Of a DNA stretch of 64,000 nt, positions 23,018-36,332 are shown in pieces. A program made the position numbers and the translations under genes. Origin of the DNA: Elsinoe ampelina (Eukaryota). Under the pieces are notes generated by a model. That model was not told where the DNA came from and searched no databases. It worked only from the letters and a program-made list of their open reading frames with translations. Each line of letters starts with the position of its first letter. The first letter of the stretch is position 1. The stretch spans positions 1,392,885-1,456,884 of the forward strand of contig ML992504.1 of NCBI GenBank assembly GCA_010093995.1, written 5' to 3'.

Positions 23018-24168
23018 CTAAGCCTTGGGCACAACGAACAAGCTTGGTTTCATGTTGATCTTGCATAGCTTGGCCACACACCCTGATAGCTGCAGGTAAG
23101 TCTGGACACCCTCGAGGATGCGCATGTGAGTGAAACCGATCTCCTTGATAAACTCAAGCTTTGAGTGTTCCGACAGTTGTGGTATCGTCTTGGTAACCTT
23201 GAACATGGTGCTTATAATGTCGTGACAGGAGTATCCTAGATCCCTACACAGAAGTCAGTCAAGCCCAAGTCCCCATGTCCGTGTCTCTTACCAGAGTTCC
23301 TTGAGAGTATCGAGGGCTTCATCAATCTTCATCTCGTAGCAGCTCTTGATCATGGCCTGCACCTTGATAGGATGCGGGCTATCCACAACCCTGAACACAT
23401 TGTCCCCGTTGACGAAGCCAAATCCAGCAGCAGTACTTTGGAGGTTGTTGATAGCTTGACGCATATCGCCCTCTGCGCTGAAGACCAGAGCAGCAATTCC
23501 ATCGTCCGAGTATTCGACCTGCTCGGCCTTGCAGATCTGCATCAACCTCTTCACCACTTGGGCATCGGTGAGTCGGGCATATCTCAGAATAGCGCAACGT
23601 GACTGCAGAGGCTCGATGATCTTGTTCGACTGATTGCAAGCGAAAGCAAACCTTGTCGTGCCAGAATAGATCTCCATGGTCCTTCGCAGGGCCTGTTGTG
23701 CTCCGGACGTCATGCTGTCGGCTTCATCCAGGATAACAATCTTCTGTCTGCCATTCGGGAGTGTGACCTTCTTTTGCGCGAACCCCTTGATCCTGTTCCT
23801 CACCACATCAATACCTCTTTCGTCGGAAGCATTGAGCTCAAGGACCGCCTCCTTGTACGCATCGCCCAAGAGCTGTCGAGCTAAGCAAAGAATGGATGTG
23901 GTCTTGCCGATACCAGGCATGCCGGATATGATGACATGAGGCATGTTTCCATCTTTTGCAATGATCTTGAGTCGCTCGATCGTCTCCGTGTTCCCGACAA
24001 TGTCGTCTAGAAAGACCGGTCGGTACTTTTCCACCCTGCAAGGATCAGTACAGCTCTGGTGTCGACTTCAAAATGGACCGACCATGGCAGCTCGTAATTT
24101 ACAGGCGCATCTTTGCCGGCTCTGGTAGCGCTCTGCTGAGCCGACGAGGAAGACTCTGCGATAGCCAT
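23018..24168 (-). CDS. RFC4: Replication factor C small subunit (yeast Rfc4/human RFC2 type)
   Basis: PWVEKYRP, Walker [32 protein letters not shown]. Introns 24082-24036 and 23291-23244. Confidence 0.95.
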
Positions 24169-24749
24169 TGTGTCGAGTGTAGAGCTAGGTCGACGAAGCT
24201 GTCAATGAGGGACAAATTCCAAGCTAAATTGATTTCGTGAAGCGCGTTTTGACGCGCCAGAGCAAACCCCCACAAGGGCCCCACGTTTCAATCAGAATTG
24301 GCTAATTCGCCAGCCAAACTTGTTTAACGAGTCATGGTTAAACTTGTCTTGAAGTCATCACGCGCCGGCATCCTCGGTCTGTATTGGAACAGACTACGAC
24401 TTCACTCTTCTGATCCACGCCTTTTGCAGGACACTGACTTTACTCTTGAATCATATGCTGTATAAAATTCGCTGTACAGATTTCTGGTCCACCCAAAAAT
24501 TGCCTGGTGACCTTTCAAAGGAGTGGCGACTGAACCCTCTCCACCGAGACGCGATTGTCCTTGCAGCAAGAGAAATCCACGCTTCTACAACATTGGCACC
24601 AAAAGCTTGGAAGCAAGGACTGATACGATGTGGTGATTGACATTCCTCGCCAAAAGAAGACGCACCCTTGCTCGGAGCTGTCCCGATAACTTGGGCGAAC
24701 TCGAGACTTTTCAATGACCATCTCCAACTGAAGTCACTCTTTTGGCATC

Positions 24750-26562
24750 ATGTTCGCTGGACGACATCATCGTTTCTTTGTCATTACGGCCTGCTTCCTG
24801 GTCACGCTCTATTTCTATGGCACCAAGATCAGTACAGGCAACTTCAACTTTTTCACGGGCAAGGTCCTCGGATCACAAGGCTTCAGGTGGAAGGACTTAC
24901 CATTGAAGTATCCGCCTGCACGGCTGACGCCTTTGCCCGCGGGACCTCCTCAATCTCTTCCGAAGGTGCAGTACCAGTTCGGGAAGGATTCTGACGCTGA
25001 TCGCGAAAGTCGCTCGTCACGCCAGGATGCTGTCAAAGAAGCCTTTCTCCGGTCCTGGAAATCGTACAAGTCCCATGCATGGTTGGCTGACGAGCTGATG
25101 CCGGTTAGTGGGAACGCAAAGCACAATTACGGTGGATGGGGCGCTTCTCTGGTCGACAATCTCGACACTTTATGGATAATGGGCCTCAAGGACGAATACC
25201 ACGATGCTGTCGAGGCTGCCCTGCAAATTCGGTGGGACAAGACTGTCACGCAGGAGCTCAACGTGTTTGAGACCACTATACGCTACCTTGGAGGGTTTCT
25301 TGCCGCCTTTGATCTCAGTCAGGACAATCGCTTGCTGGAAAAGGCTGTCGAGCTCGGCGACATGCTGCTAGTCGCTTTTGACACTCCTAATAACTTGCCC
25401 ATAACTCGTTGGCGACTTCATGATGCTCGGCGTCGCTACGATCAAGAAGCTCACGAGACTGTCATTGTGGCAGAGATCGGCAGCTTGAGCATGGAATTCA
25501 CTCGACTGTCTCAGCGCACTGGTGACAACCGGTACTTCTCCGCCATCGATCGTATCACTCGCGTTTTCGCCGAGCAGCAGAATAGTACGATGCTTCCCGG
25601 CGTATGGCCTGTAATCGTCAATGCCAGAAACACCAACTTCACCGAGCAAAACACCTTCACCTTAGGTGGCATGGCCGACAGCGTCTTCGAATACCTACCA
25701 AAGATGCACGCTTTGCTTGGAGGGACTGATCCGGTATATGCAGACATGTATCGAACCTTCTCCGCAACAGCATTGAAGCACAACATTGTCCGACCCATGT
25801 TACCAGACGAGAAGGATGTTCTGCTGAGCATAGACATTGTGGTCAGGGAGAGCGGTATCTACGTGCACGAGCAAGGTCAACACCTAGTCTGCTTCGCAGG
25901 TGGCATGTTTGCGCTAGCGGGCAAGCTACTTTCTCTCCCCGAGCACGTACAAGTAGGCAAGAAGCTGACCGACGGCTGCGTCTGGACCTACCGTGCCATG
26001 CCTGTTGGTATCATGCCCGAGATCTTCTCGATGGCTACATGTCCTCGGACAGATCCTTGTCCATGGAACGAGACAAGGTGGAAGAGCGAAGTCATCCGAC
26101 AGCGTGCCACCGATCAAAGCGTTGAGGATGCAGATCGTTTCATCCTGGCTGACCGATTACCGAAAGGCTTCACCGGGATCAGAGACAGGAGATATCTCCT
26201 TCGGCCAGAAGCGATCGAGAGCGTCTTCATCCTGTACAGGATAACGGGCGACAAGTCATACTTGGACACAGCATGGGGTATGTTTGAGAATATCCTCAAG
26301 GCGAGCTGGACAAATCTAGCCAATGGAGTCGTCAACGATGTTAGCGTGGCGAAAGAGGATGTCACTGTTGGGGACGTCATGGAGAGCTTCTGGATGGCAG
26401 AGACATTGAAGGTGAGATCGCCACATGCCGCGAGCGAATGTATGCTGATATGTACAGTACTTCTACCTCATCTTCAGCGAGCCGGATCTACTGAGCCTGG
26501 ACGAGTACGTCTTCAACACGGAAGCACATGCATTTAGGCGGCCAACAGCATCGGTCAGCTAG
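24750..26562 (+). CDS. Class I alpha-1,2-mannosidase, GH47
   Basis: N-terminal signal anchor. Motifs NVFETTIRYLGG, AEIGSLSMEF, ADSVFEYL, LRPEAIES, MESFWMAETLK, then intron 26412-26457 and YFYLIFS...FNTEAH. Confidence 0.93.
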
Positions 26563-26778
26563 GGTGGCAGTCTTCGAGAATCATGCAATGTTTTGGGGGT
26601 CTGTTTCGAGTTCGAGATACCACAAGCCGCTACTACCAGTAGCGAGCATGCTCTAATTGATGTGTCCTTTCGTGCTCATTACAGACTTCTCCTCGCTCCC
26701 TGGCACAATGACTAAAGCTTTGCTCTGCCCCTGCGACTGTCAACGCCCTTCTTAGATGTATCGATCGGGTAAACATAC

Positions 26779-27725
26779 TCACAAAGTAGCGATGCACTCG
26801 ATCTCCACATCCGTGCCCATGGGGAGCTGTTTGACAGCAACGCATCTGCCTATGTCAGCTCGACGTGCTCACCGCAGCCCTTTGTCCCTCTCGATCTCCC
26901 CTCCCCTCCACCCCTCACCACCTCCCACGCCTCTCTAGCCTCTCCTCTCTAGCCTCCCTTCCTCCCTCTTTTCCCTCCCCCCTCCCCCGCCATCATCCTG
27001 TGGTTCATTCTCTCCCGACCCCTATTCACCTTCCTCTCCCCCCCACCTTCCTCCTACCCCTCTCCCTCTCCCTCTCCCCGATCCTCCCCATCGTCCTCTC
27101 CCAATGACAGTGTTGCAAGAAAAAGTACTCACGTCCGACAAGGCTTCACCTCCCCGAACCAAGTCTGGTACACCTCGTTCATGGCCGCAAAGTTAGCCAT
27201 GTCGTCCAGGAAGACGTTGACTTTGACTACGTTGTCGATGCTCGAACCAGCTGCTTCGAGGACGTGTTGGAGGTTGAGGAGACATTGTTTCTACTTCTCT
27301 TTAGTTCGCGCATGGGAGCTGTAGATGGGGGAGAGGGAAGGTGGAGCGGTCACTGCCGGGGGAGTGGAAAGGGAGAGGGGGAGGAGCGGGGAGGGTGGAA
27401 TGGCGGGTTTAACGAGTCATCAGGTAAGGAGGATGGGCTGGGGGGATTGGGCGTGCTTGAGTGCGGTGAGGACGGGGGATGGAGTGCGAGAAGGTGCGGG
27501 TGGAGGGAGGCAGGCGGAGATATGTGGTCGAATACGTCGGACGGCTCGTTGAAAGGGACGTACCGTTCGATCACCGACTGTACCCTCGACGAGCTTCCCC
27601 GTCTCGACGCTGGTGGCGACTTGGCCGGAGCAGTAGACTGTGCCGCCTGCGATGATGGCTTGGTTGAGCACGTTGGGGAGACCATTGAGGACCTTGGAGG
27701 TCTTTACTGCTTGCTTGGAGGACAT
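26779..27725 (-). CDS. RidA/YjgF/YER057c-family enamine deaminase (Mmf1/Hmf1-like)
   Basis: Exons 27725-27564 (LNQAIIAGGTVYCSGQV), 27290-27133 (VVKVNVFLDDMANFAAMNEVY...KPCR) and 26845-26779 (TCVAVKQLPMGTDVEIECIA). Confidence 0.92.
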
Positions 27726-27924
27726 TGTGATCCGATGAGATTGTAAATGAGATTGGAACGCGGTATGGAAGTCAGGGTGATGTGGAAGTGCGGTTAATCG
27801 AGGCACAATTTTTGGTGAACCTGGTGCGGGGCATGGTGGGGGAGGGGGCGATCATTCACATTGGCGGGATTGGTAGGGCGTTCTGTCTTCACTCATCAAC
27901 AGTGAATATACATGACTGACATAT

Positions 27925-29508
27925 CTATCTATATTGATCATAGTGCCTCTCCTCGTTCAAGCGTCTTTCCACCAGGTCGAGAACCTCCTTGTTGTACAAA
28001 TCCTCCACCTTCTTGTCACCTTTGAGAACCTCCTTCTCGTGGCGAGCAGCTTCGTCTCTGGTCATTAGCACCAGATCCTTGATCTTTAGATTGTCTCGCT
28101 TCTGGCCCTTGATCGATTCGTCGACAAAGTTTGAAGGCGGCTTTTGCCATCTGACCAGCGCCATTCTGCTCGCCAGTCCGCTCACAATGCTGCGTGCGTG
28201 GAAGACTTCTTCAACCAGATAGCCAACGTCGTCTGCGGTCAGCGGTAATCGCAGTCCTTGTGCATCCGCACCAAAGTGCCGTGCCAATCTGTCTTCGCTG
28301 CCTTGGAGTGAAGATAGAATGCTGTCGTACATCTTCTCCCTTCCCTTGCTAGGAAGGTAGTCGTGGGGATAATCGCCGAGCTCGAGCATAACATGATTTG
28401 CCGCGCAGAGCCCAAACACTGCAGGCATGGTACCAAGAACAGGTAAGATCCTGACTCTGAAGTCTGGCAGGACTCCAAGCTCGGTGACCTTACCTTTCTG
28501 AAATTCTTCCTCAGCAAGCGGTAGGAGTTCGGCTTTTCCTGGTCCAGGTTTCTCCTGACTGTAGATGCAAGCGATGCCGTCTTTGATGCCCTTCATCCTG
28601 AGCCTTCGCCGGGTCGACCTGGACAGAGGATCTTCGTTGCTTGCACTGATGTCGCCGATGAACACTCTGGTAGGATCACTCTTGCATCCGGCACCCATGC
28701 TGCTGACGACCTTGATGCCCTTCTTGTAGCAGTACTCGAGTAGCTCGACCTTGGAGTCAATATTGTCGATCGCGTCAATCACAAAGTCCGGCTCTCGATC
28801 TTCGAATGATGCTAATAGTCGCTCCGCCTTCTCGCCACCAAAAAGCTCGTTCCGGACATCGAACTTGGTCCATGGTGTTACCTGCTCCAGCCGCTTCCTG
28901 AGACAGTGCACCTTCGGGGTTCCGACGTCTGCTAAAGTCGCCACCGCATGCCGATTCAGACTCGAGAGCGTGACCTGGTCGAAGTCGATCAGCCGGATGG
29001 CGCCGACGCCTGAACGAGCCAGCGCAGAAATGGCATGTGATCCGACGCCGCCGCATCCGACAACGATGACAAAGGCTTCACGAAGTTTAGTAAGACCGGG
29101 ATCTTTGAGAAAGGCACGATTTCGCGCAAGCTGCTCCAGAATGAGATCTTCATCGTAGTCACCCGTCTGTGCACGAGCTGCAAGCGCTGCAGAGCGTGAG
29201 TCCTCTGTCTCCTGCTTCGACCTTGGGGCACTGGCGCCGCCAAAGGAATTTATCTAGACCCATATCAGCAAGATCCTTGGCATCATGGCTGCTGGAAAGA
29301 GGCACCAAGCTTGTCGGGATCTTACCTGTCCAACATTCTGCTCGTCCTTTAGGTCTGGAATCGACTCCTTCAGGTCAGATACGCGATATTGCTTCTTCGC
29401 AGTCTGGAGTCCGAAGATGGCCGAAGCGACGACAGCGCCTGATACGACTGCTGTAACAGCAAGTTGCACCCTATGCGACTCAGCTATGTTAGTCAGCCAA
29501 TTTGACAT
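27925..29508 (-). CDS. ThiF/E1-like tRNA threonylcarbamoyladenosine dehydratase (Tcd1/Tcd2 type)
   Basis: N-terminal TM segment, intron 29325-29254. Motifs EQLARN, VGCGGVGS, DFDQVTLSSLNRH, DAIDNIDSK, SSMGAGCKSDP, LPVLGTMPAVFG. Confidence 0.92.
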
Positions 29509-30772
29509 TGCCTTGAAGTGGCATAGAGGTCAATAGTATACCACTGCCGCAAGAGCAAAAGTTGACATGTGGCTGCGATGACCATGACTCGAGCGTGTGG
29601 CTGGTGCTGTGGCCGTGCACATATACATCAATCTTCCACCATGCGAGTATCTCTTTCTCTCTTCCACACATATTGAAAGTAGGTGGCAGTCCCCGCTGTA
29701 CACGTCAAACTCATCGCTGACTCTTTACAAGCGAGCATTCCATGACGATAAAATCGCACACCTCTCAGCAGCTCTCCTGCTCCGGCAGCGCGAAGCCATG
29801 GCTGACAGAATGAACAGAAATCGTAGAAGCGCTCTTCAATACTTCTCACCCACCCTTCTCATCTCCCGAACACGACTCTCTGACCATGGTTCTCAGCTTC
29901 CAAGACCCCAGACCTCATGCTAGACCCGCCGACAACAAAAGTGCGCATTGACGACACCTCACTCTGCTTGACAACATCGCCACCCGCTCGCTGCAAGACC
30001 CCTTTCCACTTCGACTGTATGCCTGCTACCACAGCGTAGCCCTTACAATACAAGTCCCTCCACGCTTTTTGATCTGAGGATCCCACGAGCGAAGCCCGAG
30101 AAGCGCAACCTGCACGCCTGCCATCCATTGATGGCTACAAGGCCGCAGTCCCTGCCATGTCTCACTTCGCCAAGTTGGTTTCGCACAAGAATTCCTCGAC
30201 TGTAGCTTGTGCACTGCGCACGCGCTGCTTTCGGGGACCTCGAGTACGATCACTCCACCGGCTTGGTCGAATGGCTCCATATCGAGCATCTGGTTCCAAG
30301 GAACCATTTGCCCTCTTTCGCACATGCCTTGCGATCAGCAAGATGAAAGGGTCGATTCGACCTACTCCACATCCCAGCTTCGGCTGAAAACAATCCGCCA
30401 CGGGCTTGCAGCGAGCGGATGTTCTGGCGTGGATGATAGCGAAAAACGATAGTTTTCAATCGGACGCGCACTGTTGGCTGGGCCTTCATGAGATCTCTTG
30501 GAAGTCGACGAACCTGCAGAGAACACTGATCGAGATTGATTACGGGTTGGGAGAAGACAACCAAGTCCGATGACGAGAACCACTTAAGCCAGAGTTGCAG
30601 ACAGCATGTACCACCCAGACCCCCGGTCCGGCGCAGGTCACAGCGTTGCCCTTGAGAACACAAGAGAGCTAATCTGAGGACCACCAACCATTCATCAATG
30701 CTTTTGTTTGATACAGCGCTCGCTATGGGAAATATCTGACCACATCTCCTTCCCCCGTCATGTCTCTCCCCC

Positions 30773-31873
30773 CTAGAACCGATCCCTCCTACTCGCCCGA
30801 TACATGGTGAAACCCACATAACCCCCCGCAACCACGAGTCCAAAAATGATAAACTTGAGGAAGAACCACGTCCAACTGCCCCCCTCCCTCGGCGCTTTCG
30901 GGGACGAAGCCTTCCCAAACGGCGAACTCTTCCCGTGCGGCAAATTGCCAGTACCATGCGAGTACAAGTTCCTCGTCTCCATCTTCATGATGTCGAAATT
31001 GTCGGACAACTCGCCCGTCTCGGCCGTCAGACCGAGGTACGTGACCGAGGGGAGCTTGACGTTGGGCACCTCGAAGCACGGCGTCCACTCGTCTTCTTTC
31101 TTGTACATCAGCTCGACCTTGAGGCTTTGCTCGGCGAAGTAGGTGACTTTCATCCGGGTGGGGAAGTCGGTGTTGCGGAGGCCGCGGGCCTGGGATGGGG
31201 TTAGCATGTCCGTGTTTGGTTCAGGGGAGGGGTGGGACCGACCGAGCATCCCGCCAATTCGTTCGCCTTGCCGTCGTTGTCCTTGTCGTACGGCGTGTTG
31301 CCGTCTCCCAGCATCGCCATGACGTAGGGGAAAATCACCCCCGGTCTGTTGTTCTTGTACGTGTCGATGAAGATACCCAGGCCTTCGAAGCGGTCCTGCA
31401 TTCCAAAGACAGTACCCTGCACCGCCCGCTGTTTTGTGAGGAACATCCCCATGCCGTCGCCGAAGAGGTTGTTCTTGCCATGGATCGAGAACTCGAGCTC
31501 GACTTCCCAGTTCGTGGCTGTCAGGGGGACACGCGAAAAGATCCAGCCTGTGGAGGAGGGTTGGTCGGAGGCGAGGCGTACGTACCGGTCGGCGCGGATG
31601 ATGGTGTCGCCGCCGTAGTCGAACCAGCGGGACTGGAGGTCCGAGTCGAGGAAGGGCTGGCAGGGGGTTAGTGGGTGGTTAGATTGGCTGAGGGGGAGGG
31701 CGTACGGCGTTTAGGGAGTGTGTTCGGAGCTGGGAGGTGTTAGTCTAATTCGCTGCAAGTGAGTGAGATTCCCGTACTGGTATGCTCCCATGCGTTCTCT
31801 CCTCTTCACCCACCGCCGGCGACACGGCCGCCAGCAGCGCTCCTAAGAGCGGGCAAAGCCTCCGCAGGAGCAT
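30773..31873 (-). CDS. L-type (legume-like) lectin, VIP36/ERGIC-53-like
   Basis: Signal peptide at 31873. Introns 31777-31730, 31705-31657 and 31242-31190. Motifs WFDYGGDTII, LFGDGMGMFLT, GLGIFIDTYKN, TAETGELSDNFDI; C-terminal TM and RRDRF tail. Confidence 0.9.
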
Positions 31874-32288
31874 GGTGGAATGTGTCCTTTCTCAAGGGGA
31901 GGCCCGAATCCTTGCTGACGTTCAATGGCACCAGACAATTGTCCCTGAGCCGCTGAGATACTTCCGACGGCGCGTGAAGATAGGATTGGTCGGGTGATAT
32001 CACTCTTGGAATAAGTTGATGTCGTGTGCTTCCAGCCCAGATCGACACGGAGCTCGCTACCTCACAGCTGGCAACTTCATGCGCCGGTGCGGAACGTTCC
32101 GCGGGTCTGGCGGAGAAAGTTTCGGTGCTGAGAGTTGACGTCGACATGTTTGGCAACCTGCATCCAATAGAGACAGAACCACAGACGACTCCTAGACAAT
32201 CCGCATAGCCTCCTCTCAGTACTACAACCCACCATCCCAACTGCACAAATCACCCCAAAACCCGCACCACCCTCCACATACCTCCACA

Positions 32289-32594
32289 ATGGCATCCCAA
32301 GTCCAAGCCTTCAAAGACGAAATCAGAAAACAATCAGCCGTCGAAAACGCAAGACATCTAGTAGAAGTGTGTGCCAGATCCCCACCCGCCTCCCCCGGGT
32401 TCCCAGATGCTGATGTGCCACAGAAACTCAACGAGCACTGCTTCGCCCACTGCGTCCCCAAGCCCGGCTCCAGCTTGTCGTCGGGCGAAACGACCTGCTT
32501 CACGCATTGTATGGAGAAGTACATGGCCGCGTGGGATACCGTTTCGCGGCAGTATGTGAGCAAGATTCAGAGTCAGCCGCAGGGGTTGATGTGA
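32289..32594 (+). CDS. TIM13: Mitochondrial small Tim chaperone Tim13
   Basis: Twin CX3C motifs (CFAHC...CFTHC) followed by MEKYMAAWDTVSRQY. In-frame 57-nt intron at 32367-32423. Confidence 0.9.
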   Translation: MASQVQAFKDEIRKQSAVENARHLVEVCARSPPASPGFPDADVPQKLNEHCFAHCVPKPGSSLSSGETTCFTHCMEKYMAAWDTVSRQYVSKIQSQPQGLM

Positions 32595-33420
32595 GTGCCA
32601 CATGTCACTGAGAGGGGTGGGAAGATGGGAGAGGTGATGGGGGTAGATCGGGGCGTAGGGGTTGGGGAGGGCATGGAGGAGAAGAGGGTGTACGGAGGGA
32701 GAGAGGGATGTGCTCGCGGTACCGGGGTCATGCCTAGGAGCCAAAGGGGTCGAACGCCGCCGGTGTCAATGCCAGATGAAGATGCGTCGAAGGGAAGCTC
32801 TGCTGCGCGAGAGTTCCTTGGTCATGCAGAATCAGCGAGGGCAGTGCACGGAGACAGAGCTGTATAGTATTAGAGCCGTCTCATAGAAACGGGAACGGCA
32901 TAGTGGAAAGGCATTGTATCATAGCCCGGCATGGGAGGTTTGGCATAAAATCTCCACTGAACACAATATGGATGAGTGCATACTTCAGCAACACAGGAGC
33001 TCGATACCTTCACATCCTTGAACACGAGTAAAGTGGGTAAAATTGTCATTACTCATCCCCTCTGTCCCCTCCGCCCTTCGTCCCATCCAAGAACCACGGG
33101 CAAGCCTACCCATCCAACCCCCAGCCCAAGCCAAGATAAGTATGTTTCCCTACACTATACCAACATCCCTAACCGCAGATGAAATATATGTCCAGCCAGG
33201 AATCCTCAATCCGGACTGTACCATATCTCACGACCCAAGTCGAACATGTACTGGTGCCATCCTCGACCCCTCATACCCATGCTCAAGAAACGAAAGAACC
33301 GCACTATTACGCCGCGCTGGACAGTAGTCCGTCCCTGCCCCACCGAGCCGTAGTTTCATCGACATGACTAATTCAGCCATTAACAAACGTCAACGCCGTC
33401 GTGAAAGACTGTTCGCCGGC

Positions 33421-36332
33421 CTAGCCAGGGAATGCACCAGGCACCGTCCCACCCATTGTCTCCGGTCCGCCCTGCGCGGCATTCATCCACATGTCCGCCG
33501 CGTCTCTCGCGGTCGACTGCCAATTATCTTCGGTGCCCGTCATTTTGAGGCTGTAGAACCGCAATGCCATCTCCATCATTCGCGTGTCGCTTTGTTCCGG
33601 GGTATATCGGAAGGTCGCTTGGCCTGGTCCCATTCCGCTGATGCCGGAGAGTCTGTTGCCGGCGTTACTGCGGCCTGCGATGCTCACGTGAACGGGTCCG
33701 AGGGTTGAGGATGGAGGCAGGACGCAGCAGAGTGCTTTCTCGCCCCAGTATGTCGTTGCCGTTGCCGTGCGATCGCCGAAGACGACTTCCATGCCTGGTA
33801 CAAAGTTCTGGCCATAGATTGAGACTTCCATGCCTCCTGATGTGGGACCCTCGGAGGGCACGACCTTGTTGATGATGGGTGCTGGCTTCTCGTCGGCTTG
33901 TGGAGCAGGTGTTTGGGATGGAGCGGAGGTGGGATTTCCTTGTGAAAGCGAGAATGGGTTAGGACGGCCGTGCTGTCGTTGGAAAGCTGCGAGATTAGGA
34001 CCGGACAATACTGGGGATGCTGCGCGAGATTGATGTGCAGAATTTGGTGCAGAATAGAAAGCTTGAAAGCCGTTCTGATCGAGAGAAGTGGTTCGATTGA
34101 GGTTCCGATAGAACGGAGCAGAATCTGATGGTGTTGGCGGTTGAGTATGGAACGATGTACGAGAATTCTGGGACATGTTCATGAATCCAGGATTATCAAC
34201 TCCAGGGGTGAAATTGGGATTTGATGTGGGAGAGAAAGGAGTGCCCGTCATGGCTCCGGATGTCATGGGCTGTGACGTGTCGACTTTGGTCATGGTTAGA
34301 CCTGATGGTACTCGTCTGTGTGGTGCTGAAGAGGACGATTTCCGCTTTTTGCTAGGTCCTGATTGACCGAGACCAGTGGGAGAGGCTGGCCGTGATAGGG
34401 TTTTCGGTGTCATGGTTCCGGACGTCGTTTGCGACGCATACCCAGGCATTTGATGCACGTTGCTTGAATGGTGGAACCCACCGGGTCCGAAAGACATGGC
34501 GTGCAGGTTTCCAGTCGACTTTGAGATTGGCATATTCGGCATGTGAGAGTGCAGATCGACCATAGATTGAGAGCCATAGCCCGGAGGTGGGAACTGGCCG
34601 TCATACCACACCTGACCGGCCATTGCTGCCATAGGATGCGTCTTGTGGTCATCGGTGATCAAGATCGAGTCGGAGAGCGCTTGGGCGACTACCTTGCCGG
34701 TGTAATCTTTGAGAGTAAAGATAACCTGGAATCCATCCTTTTCGTTCTGATGTCTGCAATAGCAAGCGATTCGCATTGGAGCGGTGATCTGCATTGCCGA
34801 GTCCGAAGGGGCGTACAGATCCGAGGGTACAGCACTTAAGCTGCCGTCCTTCGGTGGCGGAGAAGGTTGCCAGTCCAGCCACGCCTTGTACTCGTTCGTA
34901 TTGAATACAATGACGCGCTCGGTCTCGTACTTTTCCCAGTGAGCTTGCTCTTCCTCTTTCTTCAGCTTCTTCCTAGCTGCTCGTTTTCTCTCTCTGTTGA
35001 TGCAGTTCTGACATATCCTGACCTCTCCGCCGCTGGCTGGCTTGTCATCCTCTTCATCCTCTTCCGGCTCCTTCTTGTCGACAGCAGAGATTCCTTTTGC
35101 CTGTATTTCGGCGTTATCCTGGGCCGCCGCCTTTTTCAAAGCGTTTTCTCTCGACTTTGGTTGGTTCATGGCGCTCGTACAGACCAGCATCGTGTGCAAC
35201 TCCAAAGTCTCTTCGGCCGCGGGGATGTCTTTGCTAAGCAATTTCGCTTTTGCAATCGTGTGAGTGGGGAGGTGCAGGTTATGCACACCTGGAGGTAATC
35301 TTTCAATCGTCATGCGGATGTTGATCTGGGTCTCGACACGGGATTTTGCTGGAATGGCGCCAATGTGCAGTGGTATAAGTCCATCTTCAACGATGCTCGC
35401 GCCTCTGCCAGCCGCTGCGGCGCTAGTGTTGGCCACCGGTGAGGGAGTCAATCCAAGAGCGCCAGGCGAAGCGAAAGAATTGTCGTAGTTATTCGACCAA
35501 CCTGGAGTCTCTCCGGTTGTGCCCCACATCTGGTTGTTGGTAAAAACATCGGGTGCGGCGGATGATGGTGTGGTATTCGGGAACATGGCAGGGGATCCCT
35601 CGGCGGTCGTGTTGGCTTGTGCTGAGCTTGGTGAAGCACCTGACGAGCCCATGAAGAACTGTGCGGGTTCTATCGTCCCGGCCTGCTTCTCTGTTAGCGC
35701 CTACTTTCAATTTACAGCCTCCGAGGACTTACCGGAGGACCCGGTCGCATTGCTACATTCTTCAATCCGGTGTGAGGATTGAATGCGCCGATTCCAGAAT
35801 CGATTGCGCCTGGACTACTCGCAGCAGAGTCAAAATCAAAGGCATTACCCATATCCATATTCTGGGACATCATGTCCTGGTCCAGTGACAAGTTGTTCAG
35901 TGACCGTCCGAAATTTTGCAGGTTGTGTACATTCTCCGTTTCCATGCCATCATTTTGCATCTCTTGCTTCACATGGAGACCAGCCATGTTTGTGGTTGGA
36001 GGTGATTCGGACGTCGTCTTGCGCTTCCGTCGGTCGGACGACTCTGATGACGAATCCTGACTCGAGCTCTCTACGGATCTTGAGGACAGTTGCGGTCGTG
36101 TAGGATATTGCTGATTTTGCAGAGCAGCAGTCGCGTCCTGTTCGAGGAAGCCCTTTGAGGGTGTTCGAGGTTGGAAATCGGGACTATCGGCGGCGTTCAA
36201 ATTGAAGAATCGACTGGCGTCGAATGGAGAGTCTGCGTTGCTATAGTTGTCAAATTGTACAGAATTAAAGGCAGCGTCGTCGAAGATACCAGCCATGTCC
36301 GCATCCGAGTTCTGATTGTTCAGGTCACTCAT
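33421..36332 (-). CDS. Spt23/Mga2-like transcription factor with IPT/TIG domain
   Basis: Intron 35732-35683. Motifs KSRVETQI, LHLPTHTIAK, ICQNCINRERKRAARKK, RIACYCRH, ILITDDHK, and IPT domain INKVVPSEGPTSGGMEVSIYGQNF. Confidence 0.9.

Noticed and set aside
29520..30770. Intergenic ORFs including 30250-30957 (-)
   Set aside because: No family signal; the longest is an off-frame extension of the lectin 3' end.
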